From: an uncultured Thiotrichales bacterium
GTDB lineage: Bacteria; Pseudomonadota; Gammaproteobacteria; GCA-2400775
DNA: 40,471 nt
Assembly (NCBI GenBank): GCA_964447985.1
Contig: CAYUVE010000002.1
Location: forward strand, 1-40,471
Reading direction: 5' to 3'
Below, piece after piece: positions 19,223 through 31,600 of the stretch. Under the pieces are notes generated by a model. That model had not been told where the DNA came from. It did not search any database and saw only the letters and a list, made by a program, of their open reading frames with translations. Position 1 is the first letter of the stretch, and the number at the start of each line of letters is the position of its first letter. Position numbers and translations under genes: made by a program.

Positions 19223-19248
19223 AATGTCTGTTTTGGGTCGTTTCCGAT
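19223..19248 (+). repeat. Right copy of the degenerate inverted motif flanking the cassette
   Basis: AATGTCTGTTTTGGGTCGTTTCCGAT, 57 bp upstream of the RT start codon. Confidence 0.5.
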
Positions 19249-19335
19249 CCGTCCTATAGGATAATAGCTACGATATCGTGCGATACACCTCAAAACAATG
19301 TTCAGGTAAGATAGCACCCTACCATGCGTTCGAAA

Positions 19336-19385
19336 TTTCCGACATTTTTCCGACAGTTAGCTACCTTTATTGCCCTTTTCCGACA
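19336..19385. repeat. Three exact TTTCCGACA direct repeats (19336, 19347, 19377), plus a variant at 19573
   Basis: Read directly from the sequence; the first two copies are 11 bp apart. Confidence 0.7.
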
Positions 19386-19584
19386 AATATGGCTGCTTGT
19401 GCGTCCATAACCGTTGGTTAAAACAATAGGTTATATCGTGATGGTGTGGCGCCTAACCATGCAGTCAACATTACTGCTCGTCTTCAATATAACTACTATT
19501 CAAGGCAAATCAGCGGCTTAGCTTGTTCTTCAGATAAGTAAAATTAGGCTAGGCAAAACAAATTTCGACGATTTTCCAACAGCT

Positions 19585-19634
19585 AAATGAAGTATTCCTG
19601 TCCGGCAATTTTTCGGGACAGGAATATTTCATTT
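19585..19634 (-). terminator. Long hairpin downstream of the RTX gene (terminator/stabiliser)
   Basis: 19-bp stem AAATGAAGTATTCCTGTCC / GGACAGGAATATTTCATTT with one mismatch and a 12-nt loop, about 30 nt after the stop. The U-tail is weak. Confidence 0.6.
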
Positions 19635-19663
19635 GTAGTTTTAGATAGTAAGCAACTTGTAAT

Positions 19664-22600
19664 TTAAGAGGCCGCAGTAATGACCGCTTGCTGCTCATCC
19701 TGGGTGGCAGTTGAAGTTACGTCTCCACCGCTTTGTGATGCACCAAATGCTGACATCGCCGCTACCAACTGATCAATCTGCCCAGATGAGAGTACGGCAT
19801 CATCAGTAGTCAGTGTATCAATTTGATACGTATCGCCAACAAAATAGCTATTGATCCTCACCTGGTCGCTGCTTCCGTTGACATCAATAAGCAGGTCATT
19901 ATTACTGCGACTAAACCAAAGTTCATCCTGGTTGATACCTTCCAAGGTTAAGGTTTCCTGACTTTGGCTTGAGCTATCGCTTGCATCAATCACATCCTGA
20001 CCATCTCCGGCAGCAAAGATAAATTGATCACTGCCTTCACCACCAATCAATACATCTCTTCCTCGGCCACCTCTTAATACGTCATCACCGTTATTACCGT
20101 TAAGGATATCGTCGCCGTCATTACCATTAAGCGTATCGTTGCCGAAGCCACCTGAAATAGTATCCTGCCCACCATTACCAGACGCGCTATCGTTACCTGC
20201 ACTCCCATCAATCGCATTATTGCGGGCATCGCCGGTGATGGTATCGCTGGCTGAGGTTCCGTTAATGGTATTCTCGACTGTTGAGATGGTCAGGCGTGCT
20301 GAATCTGTCTGGCCTGTTATATCGGTAAGGACATAGTCAATAATTTCAGACTCAGTACCTGTCGGCGTTATGCTAGGCTGGATATAACTTACATTGGACA
20401 AGCCGACTTCAAAGCCACTGGCATGTGTGATATCTATCTGGCTTACGTTGGTAAATGACGATAAATCCACGCTTTCATTTGAGTCACCATTCGTAGCACT
20501 CACCTGAAGGGGGGTTAACTCATCACTACCATTGTTATCGCTATCGTGTGTAACATTAATGGTGACAGCATCACCATTACCAGATTCAAAGTCACTCAAC
20601 CTCAGCGAGACGTTGTTGACACCATTCGGTGTAAGCTGATCATCAAAGCGAATACGCAGTGCTTCTCCGGCGTTTAACAGCTCGGTATTCCCCCCAGCGA
20701 CACCGACGCCATCCTGGCTAAAGCCACTATTACCACCATTTGTGGCAAAAGCCAGCGCTGAGCCACCTGATAATACAGATAAGTCAAAGTCAGCCGCATC
20801 GACATTAGTTTGTGATATGGTATCAACCGAAATCGCCATTGGTGCGCTCGGCGGTACTGAGGTGAATGCATACAACCCATCACTGCGGAAGGATAAGCTT
20901 GTGCTATCAGCACTGTCTGTTATCGTCACCTCTGTGACCGATTCACCATTTGAATCGACTTCTGTCGAATAGATATAGGATAAACTGCCTTCACTACCGC
21001 CCACTATGGTAGCGCTAGGATCGTAGGAGATCGTTCTGATATTAGAGTCAAAACCGGTAAGCTGGGTAATGGCGATTGAAGCAATACCGGAAATATTATT
21101 CAGGTTGACGATATCCGGTGTGTTATTACCACCTAAGCCGGTGCGCTCAAATTCGCTTAAGACGCTACCGTTGATATCCCGTGCGGTAATTCTAACCTGG
21201 TCACTGCCACCCAGATCATTAAACGTCAGTTCAACGTTTTCTACTCCTGAAGGCAAATCTTGTGGATCAAAATCAATAACGATAGTCTCTCCACTGTTGA
21301 GTTTATTATTACCGACTCCTGCTCCACGAATACTGCCGCGGTTATCAAAACGAATTCCGCCATCGGGACTCGATAATGATAGTTGTGACGCGTCGACGTT
21401 AGCTCGTCGGGTCAGCTCTACTTGTTCCGATACGCCGGTCGGTGCAGGTGGTACAGTAATATCCAAATCCAGTACCAGACCACGATAAGTAATCTGATTG
21501 ACACGTGCGCCGTCACTAGTTATATCCGTACCACGTGCTTGTTCGAAGAATGGTTCAGCTCCTACACCGCTAATCACGTTACCACTGCTGACCTCGAATG
21601 GTGATATCACATCAACGTCATCTCTGGCATCCAATAGCGGGCCTGTATCAACGACCTCATTCACGGTCAGAGTCACTGTACCCGTATCCGTCAATTCACC
21701 ATCACTCAGGGTATAGTCAAAGCTTGCTGGGCCAAAGTAATCCGCATCCGGTGTAAACGTCACCGTTTCGCTTTGAGCGTCAATGCTCACACTACCGTTT
21801 ACCGCATTCGATACATCTGTAATCGTTAACGCATCACCGTCAATATCGCTGTCATTAGACAATAACTCAGCAAATGTCAGAGTAATAGCTGTATCCTCAT
21901 CAGTGATACCAGTATCATCTGTGGTAACCGGAGCATCGTTAACTGCGGCAATATCTATGGCTACACTCGCTGTACTCGTTAACGCGCCATCGCTAATCGT
22001 GTAATCAAATGAGGCCTGACCATTGTAGTTAGCATCTGGGGTGAAGGTAATGGTTTGGTTTTGAGTATCGAAACTGACACTGCCGTTTGTCGCATTGGAT
22101 ACATCAGCGATGGTTAAGCTATCGCCATTGGCATCACTGTCATTAGATAGAAGCTCAGCTGCTGTAATCACTAATGCCTGATCTTCTGTGCCGGTGAAAC
22201 TATCCGCCACGGCAACAGGGGCCACATTAGCCTCCTCGTTGACAGTGAGATTTACCGTGCCAGTATCACTTAAGTCGCCATCACTAACAGTGTAGTCAAA
22301 ACTAGCCGGACCGAAATAACTGGCATCCGGTGTAAACGTCACCGTTTCGCTTTGCGCATCAATGCTCACACTACCGTTTACCGCATTCGATACTTCTGTG
22401 ATCGTTAAGGCATCACCGTCAATATCGCTGTCATTAGACAATAACTCAGCAAATGTCAGAGTAATAGCTGTATCCTCATCAGTGATACCAGTATCTTCTG
22501 TGGCAACCGGAGCATCGTTAACTGCGGCAATATCTATGGCAACACTTGCTGTACTCGTTAACGCGCCATCAGAAATGGTGTAGTCAAATGAGGCTGGACC

Positions 22601-25600
22601 ATTGTAGTTGGCATCTGGAGTAAAGGTAATCGTTTGGTTTTGTGCATCGAAGCTGACACTACCGTTTGCCGCATTTGACACATCGACTACGCTTAAACTA
22701 TCACTATTCGCATCGGTATCATTCGCCAGTAAATCAGCCACATTGATCACTAGTGCCTGATCTTCAGTGCCAGTGAGGCTATCAGCCACAGCAACTGGCT
22801 CGACATTAACTTCTTCATTAACAGTCAGGTTAACTGTACCTGTATCGCTTAACTCACCATCGCTGATGGTGTAGTCAAAGCTCGCCGGACCAAAGTATCC
22901 GGCATCTGGTGTAAAAGTAATCGTTTGATTAATTAAGTCCAAACTGACACCACCATTAGTAGCATTACCAACAGCAGTGATTGTTAAAGCATCTCCGTCT
23001 ATATCACTATCATTCGATAATAACTCAGCAAATGTTAGGGTGATCGCCGTATCCTGATCCGTTACAGCGGTATCATCCGTAGTAACTGGGCTGTCATTGA
23101 CTGGCTCAACGGTAATCGTCACTGTTGCCGTGTCCAGCGCGCCCTGATCATCTGCAATGGTATAGCTTAGGGTGTCACTGCCGTTGAAGTTAGCGTTCGG
23201 GGTATAGGTGATTGTGCCATCGGCATTGACTTGCGCACTGCCATTAGCACCGTCTGTAACCTGAGTGACTATCAGTGTACTGCCATCGATATCGCTATCA
23301 TTGGATAACACATCAACAACTACAGCCTGATCTTCATCTGTTGTGACAGCATCGTCGATAGCATTAGGCCCGTCATTTACGGCATTAACCACCACGTTAA
23401 CCGCAGCCGTTTCGGTATCACCCGCAGCGGTGGTAACGGTATAGGTATAGCTATCAGCACCGTTAAACCCGGCATCAGGTGTGTAACGCACTTGGCCATT
23501 ACCAATGATCTCTACGCTACCATTACTTCCCTGGCTTATGGCACTTACGCTGGCATTGGGGCCAAAGCTGTCATTCGCCAATACGTTAATCAAACTGGCA
23601 TTCTCTTCATCCGTAATCTGCGTATCATCAACGGCATCAGCGACAGCACTCACATTGATGGTGACGGTCGCCGTATCAACACCGCCATTTCCATCATCCA
23701 CCTGATAGGTAAAGCTATCAGTGCCATTAAAGTCTTCATTCGGTGTATAAACAAAACTGCCATCGCTATTGAGGCTAAGTGATCCATTGGCAGGCCCGGT
23801 AACTGGGGTGGTATCGACACTGAGACTATCTCCGTCCACATCACTGTCCGCGCCTTCTCCATTGTCAAGCAATACGTTTCCAGACAAAGCGGTATCTTCG
23901 TTGACATTCAGGTTATCGTCTAAGGCAACCGGCGTGTCATTCACGGCTGCTATATCTATGCCGACGCTCGCTGTGCTCGTTAAGGTGCCATCAGAAATCG
24001 TGTAGTCAAAGGAGGCCGGACCATTGTAGTTGGCATCTGGTGTGAAGGTGATAGTTTGATTCTGAGTATCGAAACTGACACTGCCGTTGGTCGCATTGGA
24101 TACATCGACTACGCTCAAGCTGTCACCATTCGCGTCGGTATCGTTCGCTAGCAAATCCGCCACATTGATCACCAATGCCTGATCTTCTGTTCCAGTGAAG
24201 CTATCGGCTACGGCGACAGGAGCCACATTAACCTCCTCATTAACAGTGAGGTTAACCGTCGCGGTATCACTTAACTCACCATCGCTGATGGTGTAGTCAA
24301 AGCTCGCCGGACCAAAGTATCCTGCATCCGGTGTAAACGTTACCGTCTGCGCAACACTATCCAGGCTTATGGTGCCGTTTTGCGCATTGCCTACACCAGA
24401 GATAGTTAAGGCATCACCGTCGATATCACTATCATTGGATAACAGCTCTGCAACCGTTAAGGTGATCGCTATATCCTGATCCGTTACACCGGCATCATCA
24501 CCTGCTACCGGGGCATCGTTAACGGCTGTTATGTCTATGGTCACACTTGAAGTACTCGTTAGTGCACCATCACTAATCGCATAATCAAATGAGGCTGGAC
24601 CGTTGTAGTTAGCATCTGGGATGAAGGTGATCGCTTGACTCTGTGTATCGAAGCTGACGCTACCGTTTGTCGCATTGGACACATCGACTACGCTTAAGCT
24701 GTCACCATTCGCATCGCTATCATTCGCCAGTAAATCAGCCACATTAATAACTAATGCCTGATCTTCGGTACCTGTGAAACTATCCACTACGGCAACAGGC
24801 GCAATATTGACTTCCTCATTAACAGTAAGATTTACCGTGCCGGTATCGCTTAACTCGCCATCACTGATTGTGTAGTCAAAGCTCGCCGGGCCAAAGTATC
24901 CCGCATCCGGTGTAAACGTCACGGTTTGTGCAATATTATCGAGATTGATCGTGCCATTTTGCGCATTGCCTACACTGGAGATAGTTAAGGCATCACCATC
25001 AATATCACTATCATTGGATAATAACTCGGCAAACGTTAGGGTAATTGCTGTATCTTGATCCGTGACTCCCGTATCATCTCCGGCGACCGGCGCATCGTTA
25101 ACGGCTGTTATGTCTATGGCAACGCTCGCAGTGCTTGTTAATACACCATCGGAAATCGTGTAGTCAAATGAGGCTGAACCATTGTAGTTAGCATCCGGGG
25201 TGAAGGTGATCGTTTGATTTTGTGCATCAAAGCTGACACTGCCGTTTGTCGCATTCGACACATCGACTATGCTTAAGCTGTCACCATTCGCGTCGGTATC
25301 ATTCGCCAGTAAATCAGCCACATTAATCACTAGTGCCTGATCTTCTGTGCCAGTGAAACTGTCAGCCACCGCGACAGGGGCAATATTAGGATTACCGCCA
25401 CCATTAGCAATGACGTCATTGATATCCGTTGATGTTAGCGTCTGGTCAACGAATTGAATCGTGGCAAAAGCACTGTCATTCCTGAAACCATTCTCATAGG
25501 TAATCTGGTTAGTTGTGCCATTAACAGAAATAATCAAATCATCATTAACACGAGACAAGGTCACGTCGGCTAAGTTAAAACCACCTTCTACTAGAGATAT

Positions 25601-28600
25601 ATTCGTTTCGATTGATAAAGTCGAATTCCGAATAATTTCATTTTCAATGGTTGAAAAAACAACGGTGTGATCGTCTCGGATAATAATTACATCATCACCA
25701 AGACCCCCATCGACCCGAACGTCTGTATCTCTAACAAACTGGACGGTAATGGCGTCATCACTATCAGAGCCAGTAAAATTAGCCTGGCCGTTGAATATCT
25801 GGTTATCACGTAGGTTACTACTACCACCCAGAACTTGACCAATTTGAAAAGAAATGTTTTCAGCAACTACTCCTGAAAAATCTGTATTAAATACATCAGT
25901 GGCAGTACCACCTATGTATTCAACAGCAAATTCATGATTGCCCCCTATACCAATTATATTTTCAATGCCTACAACATCTCTATATAAGCCATCGAGGTTG
26001 ATGACACGATAATCATTTTGAATACGCAGTTCGTCAAAACCCTCTCCTCCATTAACTCGGGTATCGGCGACCTGTTCGATTCCTGAGGTAAAAAACGAGT
26101 CAAATACTTCCTCCTGCCGAGCAGTGCTTAAGGTGATAACATCGTCACCAGAACCACCACTCACGCTGGAATCAAATTGCGAGGATTCCAGAAAAATACT
26201 GTCATCTAAATTTGATCCGGTAATATTCCTACCTCTAATTACGAGCCCCTGATCAACAGTGGCGCCACTCAAGTCAACAGTTATACCTGTGACCTCTTCT
26301 ATATTGTTAAACTCAAGATTAGTAATACCAGGATTATTGACCGTATCAAAACCATCTCCACCGTCTATTCGCTCAATTCCACTAAGCGTTATATTATCGG
26401 CGTTACCTAGGCTACTAAGATTAATTACATCATTTCCGGTAGTAGCCACTAAAGTATCAAAACCATCACCGCCCTCTATTACATCATTGCCACTTGATAG
26501 AAGAATAGTGTCATCACCACCACCAGCATCAATCAAATCAAGTCCTGCGCCACCATCGAGAACGTCATTACCATCACCACCAACAAGGTAATCATTATCT
26601 GCACCACCCGTGATAGTGTCAGCGCTAACGCTACCTTCTACAAAATCACGCGAACTGCTACCGATAATTTCACCACTACTGGTTGTCGCAACACCATCGG
26701 CAAATAGGTTATTAATATCTGCAGCCGAATACGTTGTCGTTGATGTAATGATTTGACTAATCTGGTTTGCTTCTCCATTAAACCAATTACGTAAGGTAAG
26801 GCCATCAAGGGAGTTGGGAGATGAAGAGGTAACCAGTAGATCACTACCTACCCTAAAAAACTCCACATCACTTAAGCTCGAAAGGTCTAAACTACCGGAA
26901 GTAAAATCTTCTAAGAACGTGAGCTCGCCATTGAGTGATGAGTTAGTGAGAATAAACGTATCATTACCTGCACCACCGTCAACCTGATCTAAGTTGTCAA
27001 AACGTAAAATGTCTTCGCCATCACCACCCGATAAGATATCAGCGTCTCCACCTCTACCACCATCTAACTCATCATTGCCCGACCCGCCTTCAAGCAGATC
27101 AGCACCAAAATCACCCAGCAAGATATCGTTACCGCTACCACCAATAAGCGTATCATCACCTCTGTCACCAATCAGCTGGTCATCACCGGCACCGCCATCC
27201 AATAAGTCTTGTGCTAGATCATTTCGAGAACGATTAAATGTAGTAAACTCAACAGACCTTAATATGTCGTTACCGTCACCACCAAATATCTGATCATTAT
27301 CGCTGCCACCATTGAGCGTATCATTGCCTTCGCCCCCACTAATTGTGTTGGAGCCACCGATTCCGAATATAACATCATCCCCGCCTAGACCGGATAAACT
27401 ATCATCTTGGTCTGTAAAGCCATATAAAATGTCATTACCATCGGTAGCCTGAGATAGAAAGCTAAGTAAATCAGCTCGAGTCAGTACATCGCCATTGGCG
27501 AACTCAATCATTTCAACCCTATCAGGTGAATCAGGAGATGAAGCCGATAACAAATCAAAAGAACCTAAAAAGCCACTTAATATCAACTGGTAGTTAAACT
27601 GTTCGGCTTCTAATACGAGAGATTCATTTCCAACCGAGTTTGGAATGCCATCAACATCTCGGCTAACACGAGCAGTAAAGTCAGAGAGCGATATCCCTTC
27701 GGGCAATATGATACGGTCATTAGCACCTACAAAGTCCCTAACAATATCTCTCCCAGATGCTTCGGCAATGATAAACGTATCGCTACCGCCAGCACCAAAT
27801 GAAGAATTATCGCCAGATAATATGTCGTTGCCTCCATTGGTAATAAGCACATCATTACCACCACCGCCATCTAATTCGTCATCACTTCCACCGACATTTT
27901 CTATTAATAAATCATCACCTGTTCCTCCAGAGAGATCACCACTTCCTATTAAAGTATCATTCCCTCCGAAACCACCAAACAGGTTATCACTTCCACCACC
28001 ACCGATTATCTGGTCATCAGTAAAACTGCCGCGAATTCCCTCATCTTCGCCCGTACCTAACACGGCAATATCGGCATCCGGCGCATCAAAAACACCAAAA
28101 TTGTCAGGTACTAAATCATTGACGCTGATAACTTCATCCGGTGCATCTAAGGTGAGCAAAGCAAACTGATTAATATTCCCGTTCGAGCCGGTCAAAACCA
28201 ATTCGACATCGCCAGCATCATTTACACCAGGTACACCTGAAAAGGTGAGTGTTTCACTGTTAAACGAAAGCCAATCAGGCAGTGGCGAACCATCAATCAG
28301 TGTCACCGATACATCCAGCGTATTACCTGATTCATCTAGGAATAGGTCATCAGGTAGTGTTAGTACAAACTCTTGCGTTAAAATGATGTCCCTGTCGCCT
28401 ACAATACTATTGAGTGTTTGAATCCGATTTCCTGTAATAAAATTATTAATCTCATCTACACCATCAAGCACGGTATCGCTAAACTCGATGCGTTCAAGTT
28501 GATTGGAGGGGTTATTGACAGAGTTTCTTAATAAGATCGACCCAACCTGCTCACCATTTTGACTAATGGAAAAAAGCAATCCCGATACTGTTTCAGTGAG

Positions 28601-31600
28601 GGTGACTTCCGAAGACAATACATCTGAGAAAAGTAGAATATCCGTTCCCGATACATCATCTATGACATCGTCACCATCGCCTAGGCTGTATAGGTAAGTA
28701 TCATTACCACTACCACCCAATAATTCATCATCGCCCTCATTACCTTCTAATGTATCTGGGCCACCTAAACCAGATATTACATCAGCCCTGCTAGTGCCTT
28801 GAAAAGTATTGTTACCTGCATCGCCTGTAAAGGCTGCTTCAATAATGTCACTGGAATCGAAAATAAAATTTCGCTCAAATGCCGGGCCAGGATCAACCTC
28901 AAGCCGGTCAATCACAGACGCTCCATCTTCAGCTAAAAAGTTTTCTAATGTGATAAACCTAGCATTTAAGGGATTGTTTTGTCCTTGCGGATCTATACGA
29001 CCGCCTGTGATAGTAGAAGGGCTAATAGCTAAAACTATATCATCGTTGTTGTGACCAATAGTTAGGAAAGAATTAATAAGATTCTGGCCATCCGGGTCAA
29101 AAGGACTCGGCATGAAGGAACTTGGTAAATCTAACGGTAGAATGACAACATCAGTCGAACCAGGGAGCGTATTGTTAGTAATCGTTATATTCTGTGTGCC
29201 AGAAGGTACATTAAACGTATTGTTTGAAGGGCCGCCAATTAAGCGATCTGTATCGCTGGTACCACCAATAGTGAAGGCATTCTGTTGCTGACCATTAACC
29301 AAAATCTCAGAAAAGAACTGAAATGAACCGTTGTCAAACTGAATACGGTCTGCGCCATCTGCACTTAATGCGACAATTGTAGAGTCACCGATACTGGTAA
29401 CTTGAAAGAAATTGGTGCCGTTAATTTCCAGACGATTCCAACCTTCGACATCGTTAATTATGGTTGGCCCATCGCCTGCCTGGTAAATATAGGTATCCTC
29501 CCCAGCTTGACCAGCAAGATACTGCGTCACTCCAGTACTCGATGCACCGCCAATCAATACGTCGTCGCCATCACCACCGAGTATTGAATCAGAGCCTGTA
29601 CCACCTATTAATTGATCGTTACCTTCACCGCCAACGATAAGGTCATTGCCCTCACCACCGACTAAAACATCATTACCGGCACCACCATAAAGTGTGTCAT
29701 TACCCGCTTCCCCTTCAACAATATCATCACCGCTTCCGGCTTCAACGGTATCGTTACCTTCACCCGCCTGAATTGTGTCATTGCCGTGGAAAGCGGTATC
29801 AACCACGGCATCAGAAAACGTTTGGAAATTAACAACACCATCTGTGTCATCACCGATGGTGTTATAACCGCCATCGGCAAAGATTTGATCGTCGCCACTA
29901 CCGCCTAAGATAGTGTCACTACCCCCATCGGCGAAAATGGTGTCGTTACCGGCACCACCATCGATTTCATCATCCCCATGGAATTCAGCCGCCACCGCGA
30001 CTTCACCACGGCTATTGAGAAAACTGCCATCGCCAATGATCTGGTCATCACCACTACCACCGGCGATAACATCGTCATTACCGCCGCCGGTAATAAAATC
30101 GTTCCCATCACCGCCATCAATCGTATCGCGGCCATGCACATCGAAATTAACGCCATCATCGCCGTCAATCTCGTCATTACCTGCACCGCCTAATACTGTA
30201 TCGTTACCGCCACCACCAACGATCTGGTCGGCTCCCGCACCACCATCAAGAAAGTCATTACCGTGGAATTCACCCGCCAGATCATCATTATCAAAAACAC
30301 TGTCAGTGGCCTGATTATCACCAAACAAACGGTCAACCCCGTCACCACCAATCAAGGTATCGCTGGCCCCACCACCAAACAGCTGGTCATCGCCTGATCC
30401 ACCATCGAGAAAATCATTACCATGAAACTGGCCTTCTAATACAGAGCTAGACAGATCATTAGTAAGAATGACGTCATCACCCAGCAGCAAGTCATTATCG
30501 GCACCACCGATGAGCGTATCGTCACCTCCTTGACCAAATAATTCATCATTACCTTCGCCACCCGAAAGCGTATCGTTACCATGCAATAGAGGATCTAAGC
30601 GCGAGGCGAAAAGTGTTTCCCCAAAGACACTAATAGGGACGACTCGGCGATCACCAAATAGCTGATCATCACCTTGCTCACCTTGTAAAATATCGTCGCC
30701 GATTTCGCCGTGAAGGATGTCATTACCATCGCCTGCTAACAATATATCGTCATAACTAACGCCTTCTTCTGCTTGATTAATTTCGTCTAGTCCTAAATCT
30801 AATAATACCCCTTCTGGCAGACCAACTATGTTAAGGGCAATTGTTACGCTTTGATCAAAGTCTTGACTAAAGTATCTGGCAAAATCACTATCACCAAATA
30901 ATTCATCATTGCCACCACCACCGACCAAGTTATCATTACCATCTCCGCCAAATAAACTATCATTATCTAAACCACCATCGAGCAGATCATTACCTTCTCG
31001 TCCTGAAATAAAATCATCACCCTCCTGCCCTAAAAGGGTATCAACACTATCTTCAGATTCACGTAAGTGCAAAACTCTTGATCTAACAATGTCTGTACCC
31101 GAGAACGTTTCGGTGACGCTGTCTACTGAGCCATTAATTGGAACAAATTCACCGTCAACTTGTGTGCCGATAACCGCTTCTGAAGTAAATTCAACACCCG
31201 GCCCGACACGGCGTAATCGACCGTTCTCATCAAAAAAAGCACTCAGATTATCCGCACCGAAACCACCGATAATTTCATCATTACCCTCACCGCCCTCAAT
31301 ATAATCACTATCGTCGCCACCGACTAATACGTCGGCTCCCTCCAAACCAAATAGTTGATCATCACCGCCGTGACCAAGTAAGTTAATATCACCTAGCACA
31401 CTCCCTCTAATGATGTCTCCGACATTGTCATTACCACTAAACCCAGGGCCAACAGTAAAATCGCCATTGAAACGATCCAGGAGAATAGCAGTAGCATCAA
31501 TAGAAATACCCTCGTCCGATAGGAATATATTTACAAGACGACTTAAATTACTTCGACTCACCGGTACACTGGGATAGTCAAGGAAACTTAACTCTGTTAA

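Noticed and set aside
19336-19385. CRISPR array
   Set aside because: The repeats are only 9 bp with irregular short spacing, and there are no cas genes.
19400-19480. Integron attC-like starts (CATAACCG..., GCCTAACCATGCAGTCAAC)
   Set aside because: I could not find a matching GTTRRRY end with a full attC hairpin, and there is no integron integrase in the window.
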